A stretch of DNA of 64,000 nucleotides from Nymphaea colorata (lineage: Eukaryota), in NCBI RefSeq assembly GCF_008831285.2, contig NC_045138.2, positions 10,912,001 through 10,976,000 of the forward strand. The letters run 5' to 3'. This document shows, one piece after another, positions 13,501 to 25,500 of the stretch. Numbering within the stretch: the first letter of the stretch is position 1; every line of letters begins with the position of its first letter. The notes beneath the pieces are model-generated. The model saw only the letters and a program-made list of their open reading frames with translations. It did no database searches and was not told the DNA's origin. The position numbers were made by a program, and so were the translations under genes.

Positions 13501-16500
13501 AACCTGGGTGTCCTAGGGAAGGCTGAGTATCTCACCTTGGACTTCACACATCCAGGGATGAGTGCTCTACCGCTGCAGCGGGTGAAATGGATCCACCTGA
13601 AGCCGGTTCTTCTAGCGCACAACAGACGTCTGGACGTGTCTACGCTACTACTGTGGAGGAGCTCCAGCCACACGACCTCGTTGAAGGTACTTTACTTGTC
13701 AGTTCTCATATTGCTAGAGTGTTATTTGATGCAGGAGCGACGCATTATTTTATATCTAGTCGATTTGCTACCTCACTCGAAGTGTCGGCTAGAAGAATGC
13801 CGTATGTTTTAAAAGTTGTTAGCCCGATGCATGCTCAAGAGTCGTGTCGTGAGTATCTTCCTGATGTGGATGTGGAAATCCATCAACTTCACCTACTCGC
13901 ACAGTTGGTGATCTTAGGTCTCAGTGAGTTTGATGTGATTTTGGGTATGGATTGGTTGTATGCGCATTATGCCATTATAGATTGCAGGAAGAAGCAGATA
14001 CAGATGTTTACTAATGAGATGCAGCCTGTGGAATTTCATGCTCGTAGGGCCAGTCGAACTGATAAGATATTGGTGTCTGTATTGAAGGCTAAGCGATGGA
14101 TAGAAAGTGGAAGCGTTGCCTTCTTGGTCAATGTGTTGATCAATGAGGCTGAACGGATGAAATTGCAGGATGTTGCCGTGGTGAGTGAGTATCCTGATGT
14201 ATTTCCTGAGGAATTGTCGAGCTTGCCTCCAACTCGAGAAGTGGAGTTCAAGATAGAGTTGTTACCAGGGACAACTCCTATTTCTAAGGCACCCTACCGT
14301 ATGGCACCAGCAGAGTTAGAAAAGTTGAAGAAGCAACTGCAGGAGCTCTTAGATAAGGGCTTCATCCGACCTAGTGTGTCACCTTGGGGAGCACCTGTAT
14401 TGTTTGTGAAAAAGAAAGATGGGACTATGCGCTTGTGCATAGATTATCGCATGTTGAATCAAGTCACCATCAAGAATAAGTATCCGCTTCCAAGAATTGA
14501 AGACTTGTTTGATCAGCTTAAGAATGCAAAGGTTTTCTCTAAGATTGATCTGAGGACAGGCTACCATCAACTCTTGATACGGGAGGAAGATGTTTCTAAG
14601 ACTGCTTTTTGAACCAGGTATGAGCATTATGAATTCAGGGTCATGCCTTTTGAGTTGACTAATGCTCCCGCAGCGTTCATGGACCTCATGAATCGGGTTT
14701 TCCAAGAGTTCTTGGATCGTTTTGTTATTGTGTTTGTTGATGATATTTTGGTGTACTCAGAGAGTGAGGCAGAGCACAGAGACCACTTGAGAAGTGTGTT
14801 GGGTCTTTTGCGCAAGCATAAGCTTTACGTCAAATACTCAAAATGTGAATTTTGGCTAGAGAAGGTAAACTTTCTGGGTCATGTGATCTCGAAGGATGGA
14901 GTATCCGTCGATTCGACTAAGGTGTCAGCTGTTCAGGACTGGAGGACACCTTGCAGTGTAACTGAGGTTAGAAGCTTTTTGGGATTGGCAGGATACTATC
15001 GCAGGTTCATACAAGACTTTTCGAAAATAGCTACGCCCATGACTAAACTATTGAGAAAAGGAGTGAAGTTTGTGTGGAATGAAGAGTGTGAGAAGAGTTT
15101 TCAAACTCTGAAGGTCAAGCTTACTACTGCCCCTATTTTGACGCTTCCATCTGGTCATTCTGGTTTTGTGGTGTACACTGAAGCTTCGGGGATCGGATAT
15201 GGTTGTGTGTTGATGCAGCATGTCCTTGTAGTGGCTTATGCATCAAGGCAGTTGAAGGCCCATGAACAACACTATCCCACTCATGATTTGGAGTTGGGAG
15301 CAGTTGTGTTCGCATTGAAGATGTGGAGACACTATCTTTATGGTGCAACATTCGAGGTGTTTACAGATCACAAGTCCTTGAAGTATATATCCTCGCAAAG
15401 GGATCTCAACTTGAGGCAAAGAAGATGGATCGAATATTTAAAGGATTATGATTTCACCATATCGTATCATCCAGGCAAGACGAATGTGGTGGCAGATGCG
15501 TTGAGCAGACATGCCAAGGCGACAATGTGCAGTATGTTGACTCGTTCTTGGACATTATTGCAAGATGTGATAGCTTGGCAGCCTTACATTTGTGATGAGA
15601 ACAAGGCAATGATGACGGCCTTGATTCGGCATCCTTTGATGGAAGAACTTGTAATGAAACAAAAGGAAGAACCAGAGTTTGCTAAGAACATGGAAGAAAG
15701 CAAGAAGACAGATTCTCTTTGGCATCAAGATGAAGATGGGTCATTGCGGTTTCGGCAGAGATTATGGGTTCCTAGAGATGAAGGGGTGAAGCATCTGTTG
15801 CTTGATGAAGCTCACAAATCTAAGTTTTCTATTCACCCTGGCAGTACAAAGATGTTTCAAGATATGAGAAGAAATTTTTGGCGGCCTGGAATGAAGCGTG
15901 AAATTGCAGAATATGTGGCAAAGTGCTTAGTTTGCCAACAGGTAAAAGCAGAGCATCAGCAGCCAGGAGGCTTGTCGCAAAGAATCGATACTCCAGTGTT
16001 GAAATGGGAAGACATTATGATGGATTTTGTGGTTGGGTTGCCTCGTACCAAAAGACAACAGAATGCCATATGGGTGATTGTTGATCGACTTACGAAGTCC
16101 GCTCACTTTCTGCCAATCAGAATCAATCAATCATTGGAAAGTCTCGCAGAGTTGTATATTGGCGAGATAGTGAGATTGCATGGAGTGCCAAAGTCTATCA
16201 TTTCGAATCGAGATCCGCGTTTTACCTCTAGGGGGCAATTACAGAAAGCTTTGGGTACCAAGCTTAAGATGAGCACAGCATTCCATCCCCAAACTGATGG
16301 GCAATCAGAGAGGACTATTCAGACCTTAAAAGACATATTGCGTGCATGTGTCTTACAGTGGAAAGGAGAATGGGACAAACATGTGAAACTGGCAGAATTT
16401 GCTTATAATAACAGTTACCACTCTAGTATTGGGATGGCACCGTTTGAGACTTTGTATGGAAGGCTGTGCAGATCTCCAGCTTGTTGGACCGATTTAGGTG

Positions 16501-19500
16501 ATGGCAAGATTGAAAACCCTTTAGTATTGCAACACTACACTGACCAAGTGAAATTGATAAGAAAGAAGTTGTTACTGCTCAGAGTAGACAAAAAAGTTAT
16601 GCTGACATTCGTCGTAGAGAATTGGCTTTTGAGGTGGGTGATCATGTGTTTTTAAAGATTTCTCCTACTAAAGGTGTTTTTCGCTTTGGTGCGAAGGGAA
16701 AATTGAGCCCGAGGTTCATAGGACCTTTTGAGATATTAGAGAAGATTGGAGAGGTGACATACAGATTGGCGTTACCACCAGATTTGAGTCACGTTCATGA
16801 CGTCTTCCATGTTTCCATGCTTCGAAAATACGTACCAGATCCGACACATGTGAGTGCTTCGCACTAAGAGAATTCCTTTGGTGAAAGTGGAATGGCAGTA
16901 CCATGGGTTGAAGGAGAGTACATGGGAGTATGAGGAGGACATGCGGAAGCAATATCCACACTTGTTGTTGCATTGAGGTATGAGCTAAATTTCGAGGACG
17001 AAATTTTCTTTTTTAGGAGGGTAGGATGTAACGCTCGTTGGTTTTGGCAGGTCGGGTCGAGTTAGGGTCCAGACCCGGATCCGACTCCCACTCGCGTAAG
17101 GAGCCCGACGCGAGGCCCTTCTCCCTCGCCTTTCCCTTTTTCCTCCTTCGTCGTCTCCTGGTGGTCTCCCGTGACAGCGCAGAGGGAGGAGAAGTGGCGG
17201 TCGGTGTGGTGGTGGCTGGAACGGTGACGGCGACGGAGGTGGCAGCGGCGACTACGGCTGCGGCGGCTTGGTAAACCCGCTCTCTCTCGTGCGATTTTCC
17301 CTTCTCTGCCACTCATGCCCTCTTGTTTTTTTTCTCTGCCGCACGTCCCCTCTTCTTCTCTCTCGCCACTCTCTTTCCCCTTTTCCGCTGGTTCTCTACC
17401 GCTCGACCCTCTTCTTACTCACCCGCACTCCCCCACCTGCTCTTTCTCTCTTTTCTCACCCCCACTGCCGTTTTCCCCCTTGACCGAACCCCTCCTCTCT
17501 CTGTCTCTCCTCTCTGTCAGCGTCCCTTTTCTCTTATTCATTTCAGTTTTTTCCACTACTACCGTGGGTCTCTCCTAGCAACAGATTTTGTGTTGAACTT
17601 TATTGGACGTGTATTGACTCTTTCTAAGGCGTTTTGGGGTTGGATTGCAGTTTAGGGACGTTTCTCCCCTCTTACCAGCTAGTAGGGCGTGTGGTGAGCA
17701 GCGGCAGCAAGCAATCTCGAGCATTGGCACTTGATCGGACGTGTGAAGTGGTTCCTAGAAGGGTTGTAGCAGTTTGGACGCTTGTTTTGGGGTGAGCGAT
17801 ACCTAATCAAGCTCAAAGTAATGAATATTATCTTCTAAAGCATGTATAATTATTGTTCGAGCATGCTAGAGCTTATAATTGATGATTTTGGGACGCATGT
17901 TAGTCATATTTGTTTTTGGGAGAAACTTAGGATTTGCATTGGAAAGTAATGATTCATGTATTTAATGATCGTTTAAGCATGATGGATTAATTTTCGAAGC
18001 TTTAGGGAAGCATGGTAGAGATTGTGAGGTTGTGGGGAAGATTTAGAACCGTCTTAGGGAGTGTAGCGCAGACTTCTGTGAACGGGTGTATCATGAAGTT
18101 AATTAGGGAAAATATACGTATTTGGATGTGACTTTGGGGTTGATGTCTTAATTAAAGAACGTTATTGAGGAAGGAATTAGTGATGGATTGATTGATGGTT
18201 GAGGGTTTTGATATTTCGAGGCAACGTCAAGACGTAAAGGAAGAGGCCTATTGAAGAGCTTGTTGGTCGACACTACTTGTCGACACCCTCTTGAGGCGAC
18301 GACATGTGCCTCAAGGATTTTATTTTGTATTTGTTCGTTTTTGTTTGAATTGTGTAGGTATCTAGTAGAAACCTTATTCTTGTTTATGTTTGCAGGTGCA
18401 CCGGGCACATTCCGTCGACCTTGAGTTCGAAGCTTGAGGCATTTTGAAGAATTTGGTGAGTGCGCCACAGGTATGGCGACATTCCAGGCAAATCCCTGCC
18501 TGGAGCAAATGTGTGATTGTGTGCTCCTAGGATCAAGGGATCCTATGATTGTGATGTTAATTGATTGATTGCTTTGTGAATGAGTATATGTATGTTGCTT
18601 ATATGATATGAATGGGTTAGAAAGATTATTAGTCATTTGTTTTGAAAATATTACGCATTGGCATGTGCATGCTAGAATTGATATCTGTTTAGGCCAGATG
18701 AGGCGGGGTATCGAGTTGAGTGCCTCCTCGACCCCAATTGTGCATTAGAAAGCATCATAGAATGATAACTACATAGGACAACTATGAGCCAACCGCAGAT
18801 CGAGACTACTCTCTGTGGATTGGCTAAGTTTTTCAAAGAGGTGATTGACGTGATTGATGTGAGGATTGATGTGATGATTGATATGAATGTGTACGTTGTT
18901 GCATATGCATTGCCATGGGCAACGATACAAATGGATGAAATAGAGGGTAGTTGTACCCGTACTGTATGACGGCTAGTAATGACTGTTACTGTATGTATAG
19001 ACCTCGTGTGGAGACATTGGGAGGTGTAAGTGCACTCGTAGGGTGTATTAACCTCATGTGCTAGCCAATCATCTTGTGAATGAGCAATGATAATGATAAA
19101 AAAAAAAACGAAAGGATAAGAGATGAGAGGCCAGTGAGATGTGGCTGTGTGTTTGGGAGACGTCCCGTTCTCACCACTGGTCTCGCCTGTCAGAGCGCAG
19201 GCGATGCAAGGCCCCAGGGTTCTGTTGTGTGTTGTGCTTGGAGCGTTGGGCTCCCGCCTTCCCAACCTGGGTGTCCTAGGAAAGGCTGAGTATCTCACCT
19301 TGGACTTCACACATCCAGGGATGAGTGCTCTACCGCTGCAGCGGGTGAAATGGATCCATACTGTTATGGGCCACCACAGGGGTTGTCTCTCGGCTGTAGG
19401 CCACCCGCGGTGTGCACGTGCCTGTGTTGCACCCACAGGAACTGTTAATGCACTAAAGTTAATGAAAATGTAATGTGTTTGATAGAATGCATGTGACTGA

Positions 19501-22500
19501 CGTATATGTGAATGATATTAATGCAAGTGTTATGTTTAAGCATGCTTCGCATGTAACTGATGTTGTGTTAGTGTGGCCATCAAGTGGCTTTTACGTGTCG
19601 TACTCTGACACGACATGACGATAGATGGGTTGATATTTGTTCTTTTATTTGAGCCTTACTTGAGAGGGTTTGGCATTTTCCTGGCTTGTTGCCATACTGC
19701 GAAGGCTGAGCCTTCAGTTGTTTTCTTTTTCAGGTTTTGGCGGACCCGGGGTAACAGGTTGAGCAGATGGCTTCACTCACGTCCTACTGGGGAGGTTTTG
19801 GGATTGTCGTTTGTAGTGCCGGCGCGTCATGTTTTGGTTTTATTGATGTCTTCTTTTTGTTAGGCATCAATGTTATGATTTTGGGGCATTTTGGTCATGC
19901 ACATAGATGTGAATTTGTATGAAACAAAATGGTTATATAAATGAAAGTTCGCCCCATTGTTTTGAATTGCTTGGCTCATCGTCTTTTTGAATTGTTGGGT
20001 AGTCACACTTCGATGCTTTATGTTCATAAAAAAAAAAAGGGGGTTTGAGGGTTAAAAGGTCGGGGTGTGACACATTAGGGCTTCAATAAGGTCAAACCAT
20101 CTGAGAATTATCAATGAGATTGTCCTGCCTATATTGATTATAGCATCGAGCTTTCAAAAATTGAGGAGGGTTCTAAAGAGTTTTTTACAAGAGCAATTTG
20201 AAGAAATAGGAATGATGCATGGTTAGTATTAAAACTTTAATATAAAAGAGCTATCTATTGGATTAGGATAATCAAATCCAGGTCCACATTATTCACATCT
20301 AAAGTTGGGTATTCATGTAAAGTGCATATTTTGATTTGGATGCTTTTGATCATTGCACAATTAGTGTTTTATTACTACAGAATTGGGACTCAAATCTTGT
20401 TGAGAGAGGCAAGCCCATTTGTGCCTCGTCATCTTCTTTCTCCTTACTCTCTGCAGCAGGACATTGTGGTTCTGGTCTCTAAACCTAACATCTGATTGCC
20501 AAATCTGGCCTCGCATTAGAGCCAGGTTGCTGGGGCTGAAGTTGTTCTCTTTAAGGAATGCCCAGCAGAATCTAAATATGATTTCCCAGTCTATCCACCC
20601 AAAATCTCTTCTTCTCTTTCCTCTTTGAACACATATTCCTGTTCTAAATCTTGCCCTTTTCGTTCTATATGCACATTCTGATTTCCTTTTCTTTCATAAC
20701 CCAAAAACCTTAAATTTCCATGAATTGATATTTTTGCCTGAAATGTGTCTCAATACCCCAGTTTCCTTGTCTCTCCTTACATATGTATTTCAGTTATTCT
20801 TTCTGCTCTAGTAATCGAATCTGTCTTCATTGGAATCCCTGTATAAACATGACTGATTCTTTTTGTCTTCTTCGTCTCACTCTGCACAATAGGTTTACTT
20901 TTCTTTCTGTTCTAATATTTGAATCTGTTCTCTTTTGATTCATGCTGCTTCCCCCATATGTTAATCTGCTGGAACCTGTTCTGCCTATTCTTGACATGTG
21001 GCTTCTCATAAGCAGCAACGTGTTCCCACATATCAATCTGTCTGTCTTTGATGTGTGATTTTTCTTTATCAGCAGCAAAATATACTGAAATCAGTGCTGA
21101 TATGTTTTGGTAAATCAGATTTCCAAATAATACCTTTCAATCAGCACTGAAATTACAGAAAATCAGCACTGGAATTAGTTGAATATTATTCAGGCAAGTT
21201 TGAGCAGTAGACTTGAACTGATTTGAAGCCATATTTTGTCATAAATTTGTGTGTCATTTTTTAGGTATACATCCTCTTAAGTTAGCATTACTGCTAAATT
21301 CCCATCTTCAACATCTCAACGGCCTAAACACGCCCAAATCCCTTTTCGATTTTTTTTTTTTTTTTTGCAAAACAGTTTTAATAAAAAAAATGGATGACAA
21401 ATTTTGGGTGAAAGTGAGGACTCAGCATTGGGGAGTTTAAGGAGTGCAGTCTGGCCTCGGCCCTCTGCCCACAGGTGGGATGCAATTGGGGAAGGGTTGG
21501 TAGCTCAGAGCCCACCCCGATTATAATGGAAAGATCCAGCCCCTAATTACTCTCCATCCTCCTAACCTCTTCCTCTCTTCAGTTCAACTGAAGGTCACTA
21601 GATCTCAAGATCTGTCTCCTTCTCTCTTACCGAGGGAGTTTTTTTGTCAGTGTTGAGGATGAAAGGTAGCAAGTTTGCATTCTTCATCTCCCATTTGTCA
21701 TGTTTCTTATAATTTTTTTCCAATGCTTTGTTTCTTTCAGATTCTTTTAGAATCTTGACCTGCCTTGGTGAGTTTAGACTCTGGTTCGAAAATGTTTCCT
21801 TTACCATAGGCTCAATTTACAAAGGTTCAAAAGAGCCTATTCACACTTGAGAAATACAAAGTTCACACAAATGTGCACTAGGACAATATAAAAGCATTAA
21901 AAAATTAATAACGTTACCCTATATACATGCTTAGTAAGAACAGAACACACAAGAGGGGATAACCCTCCACGTTATACAAGAGAGCAAGAGAAGGGTCGCC
22001 ATTCGGCTAGCCTCAACTTGCAGAAATTCAGCCACTAGGACTACCCAAATGGCTAGAACAATCATTTTGCATTGACTGCAAAGTTCCTTTAGAAACAGAA
22101 AAATAACAAAAAGAAACACACAGCCTAATAATAAATTTACTGCATATATACACTAGTATACATATATATATACATGAGTATATATGTGCATGTGTGTGGT
22201 GCATAGAGAAATTACTTGTGTATTTACATAAAATACTAACAAGATCTAGAAGACGGCCACACGTGACAAGAGGTGCAGTGGTCTTACCCTCAATAAACCG
22301 AATAATACCATAAAGAACACTAATAGTAAAACAAAAAAAGCAAAATCAACAGCACAGTTAAAACAAACAAACTGCATAAGATGGAAACCTTCTAATCTTA
22401 GAAGACCAAAAAAGTATTTCAAGCATCAAATGCAGCTGCTAACCTGGGAGCGGTGGGCCTCAAATTGAGGTTTAACCAGTGTAATCAAAGAAGAATCAGG

Positions 22501-25500
22501 CTTCATAACATTGACAACTGCAGGCATGACCTGCATTTCAAGTTCAAAAACAACAATCCCATAAACTAATTACTAGCATGTATTGGTCAGCATGCAGGCT
22601 GCAACCATTGAAATCAAAGAAGTGTTCTGCTTCATAGCATTGCAAACTGCAAGTTCATAATATCAGAGATACATAATAGTGTTCTACCTTGTATTTGAAG
22701 TTCAAAATCTCAAAAAGAAGTTCATAATATCAGAGATACATGATAGTGTTCGAACCTGTATTACTGCTGTGAATGGGTCAGTATCTCCTATCTAATTTAA
22801 TGATGCCATGTGCCTTACTTTTTAACTTGAAGGTTATCCCTCTAAATCACATGCTCCTCAAAGTTGATCAAGCAAGGGCTGAATGGAAAATGTGATAATT
22901 CAATGATGCCATGTGCCTTACTTTTTAACTTGAAGGTTGTTCCTCTAAATTGCACACTCCTCAAAGTTGACCAAGAAAGGGCTGAAGAGAAAATGTGTGA
23001 GAGAGAGAGAGAGAGAGAGTTCACTGACACCAGGCACTTAGGCTATGTGATAATAGAAGCAACGTTAGCACATGTGAAGCAGGTTTCAGTTCATCAGGTT
23101 CTTGGCAGTTGGCACATAGGTTCCATTGTCAGCTATATGGAAGTTACACATTTTCATGATACCACCCAAAAACAATATCCAAAACAAGATTCTTGATGGC
23201 TTGAATATATCCATGCAAGAATTCTGCTTCCATTCATCTGCCAAGAATCTGCCCTCATCAATATGCGATTTCTGTGGACATCTCACATCTTGTCAGAATT
23301 GAGACAGAACCAAGAGTTGCACAAAGGTCAAAATTTTCACCTGCATATCACTATCGAGATCATGTCGTATGCAGACATGTCCATGAGAAATTAGGCTATA
23401 CATAAGATGACTTTACCAGTCATTTTGGTGTCATAGGTTGCAGCTTTCTGCATTAATGACTCAGAATGCAATGGTGAAGATTGACGCAAACACAAAAAAG
23501 GACAAGTGGTTGCGAGAACAAGTTCCATGTTGACAAGCTATGGCCTCGTTATTATCTATTTTTTTTATATAACATATCCAGAGGATGATTCTAGATGTCA
23601 TCACACGACTTGACATTGGTTGTCCATAAGCAAGAAAAAGAGGAGAAAAGCTAAAGAAACTGCACCAATATGATCTACCACAGAAAAAATCACCAGCAGC
23701 CAGCTGAATACAACTGATGGGGAAATTGAAAAAAAAAAAAACACAATGTACATATTTTAATTCCATTTAGACTCAGATCACATGACCAAAGCATACCAGA
23801 AGAATAGAGATGAACGAAAGGTCAAGTGTGACCAGATCCACTTTCTGAGGCAGACCAGGTAGATATCTTAGGTTTGTCCGTTCTATGACACAGACACGAT
23901 TGTCTCGACGAATTTTATCAGCCACCTGGAGAAAAAATTAAACTAACGTCAATTTTGTAATAACTTTGAAAACTAAATAGAAGCACACATATGATACATC
24001 ACATGTCTTATTATCTAAACGGGAAAAGCAATTGGTGCTTCCAAATCTCCAAGTGTTTAATGTCATATGATGGAGTAGGACATGAAGCAACACAACTAAA
24101 CAAAGAATCAAAGATACATCTTGCTTCGTCTGTGGCACTTAACTTTTGGTTGATAGTTAAACAAAAAATTTCTAAAAGATGAGTGCTATATGTAAAAGAA
24201 TATGACAAATATCAGATGGATAAGGTTGTTGAAGCTTCTGGCTTCTGTTTAGGGACAAAGAGAAGAAATGTAAAGCAATAACCATGACACACTTAATTTG
24301 TTCATAGCAAATATCAGTTCCCAGACTCAAAACTTAGAACTAATCAGTACCAAAGACAGCGAACAAGAAAAAGAATTGTCTAGTAAGAAAAAACCTTGAC
24401 ACAATTTTCAGTTTTGAAGAAGATCACTGAAGAAACTCACCTGACCATAGCCTACATCCACTCCATAAACAAAGGATGCACCATGTTGAAGCAAACAATC
24501 AGTAAAACCCCCAGTTGATAGGCCCGAATCAAGAGCAATCTTTCCACTAGCATCCACGTTCAGCTGCTGAATGGCAGCCTCTAACTTGTATCCTGCTCTG
24601 TAAGAAAAGAGAAACCAAGAAAGCAAAATATGCTTTAGTGACATTTATCCACATTAGAAGAAAAATCGTAGATGGTTTATCCGAAAGACCAGAAATCTGC
24701 AGTGGTAGTCATCACCTACACACATATTTTGGTACTTCTGCAATTATTTCTACCACTGCTTTATTAGAAATAGGTGTTCCAGCCTTGCTTACTACCTTAC
24801 CATCAACTAATACCTTGCCTGGAGAAAAGAATCATGTGTAAAAGAATCAGAGAAAATGGAAAAGCAAATGTAAGGTGGTCTACGCCTGTACAGAACAATT
24901 AAATGACTAAGCATATATTGGCATAAGCACACGCCTGTATGCACACATAAGCACAAGAATCAACCTTACGGCCTTTTGCTTTTAGACTCTCCAAAAAGTT
25001 AAACTCATGGTACGATTTTAGTTTATTCATCTACCGGGAGTTCCAACAAGATACTTCTATAAATAAAAATGAAAGCACATTCATGTAAACAAGTGATGGA
25101 CAACCTAAGGGAGAGAGAGAGAGAGATCACTTAAATCATGGGTCGACCTGATCTTGTTAATATTTTGCTTTGTCCACTAGGTTCAGCTGACAGCCTTTGC
25201 AAGACCGGCCAACTGAATTTTCTAAACACTAGTATACTAGAAGGTCTCACATCCATAAATTACAAAACGTCAAGCAAGAACAAACAGAGAACCGTTTGGA
25301 TTAGACTGAACCAGAAAATAGGTTCACTAAGATCAGCACCTCTAGGTATCCCGTCAATTATATTTCCATATCATGGTTTCAAGCAGGTTTTACGACCATG
25401 CAATGGGCAGACGATTATAATGAACAGCATCCGAGTGCATGATAATGCACTTGATGTGGAAGAAAGGAAAGACTGGAGAAGGCATGGGTTGGGCAATTCA

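Larger units (their letters stand above)
11267..20072 (+). mobile_element. Ty3/Gypsy chromovirus (Tekay/Del-type) LTR retrotransposon, internally deleted and defective
   Basis: TG...CA ends with a 5-bp TSD CATTA (11262-11266, 20073-20077). The truncated 5' LTR (11267-13595) is near-identical to the start of the 3' LTR (17027-20072). PPT AGGAGGGTAGGA at 17015-17026. Pol domain order is PR-RT-RH-INT-chromodomain. Confidence 0.95.

Noticed and set aside
11208..13812. Many 100-170-aa ORFs on both strands, repeated at 17013-19473 (including a 254-aa - strand ORF)
   Set aside because: They lie in LTR sequence, are largely low-complexity, and the longest is frameshifted between the two LTR copies.
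20380..21260. Possible gag-like remnant on the - strand
   Set aside because: Purine-rich and TE-like, but I could not identify a convincing motif.
22799..22985. TGATG...CTGA duplicated units resembling C/D-box snoRNAs
   Set aside because: Box C is imperfect (ATGATGC), the units are antisense to the host transcript, and no rRNA guide was recognised.
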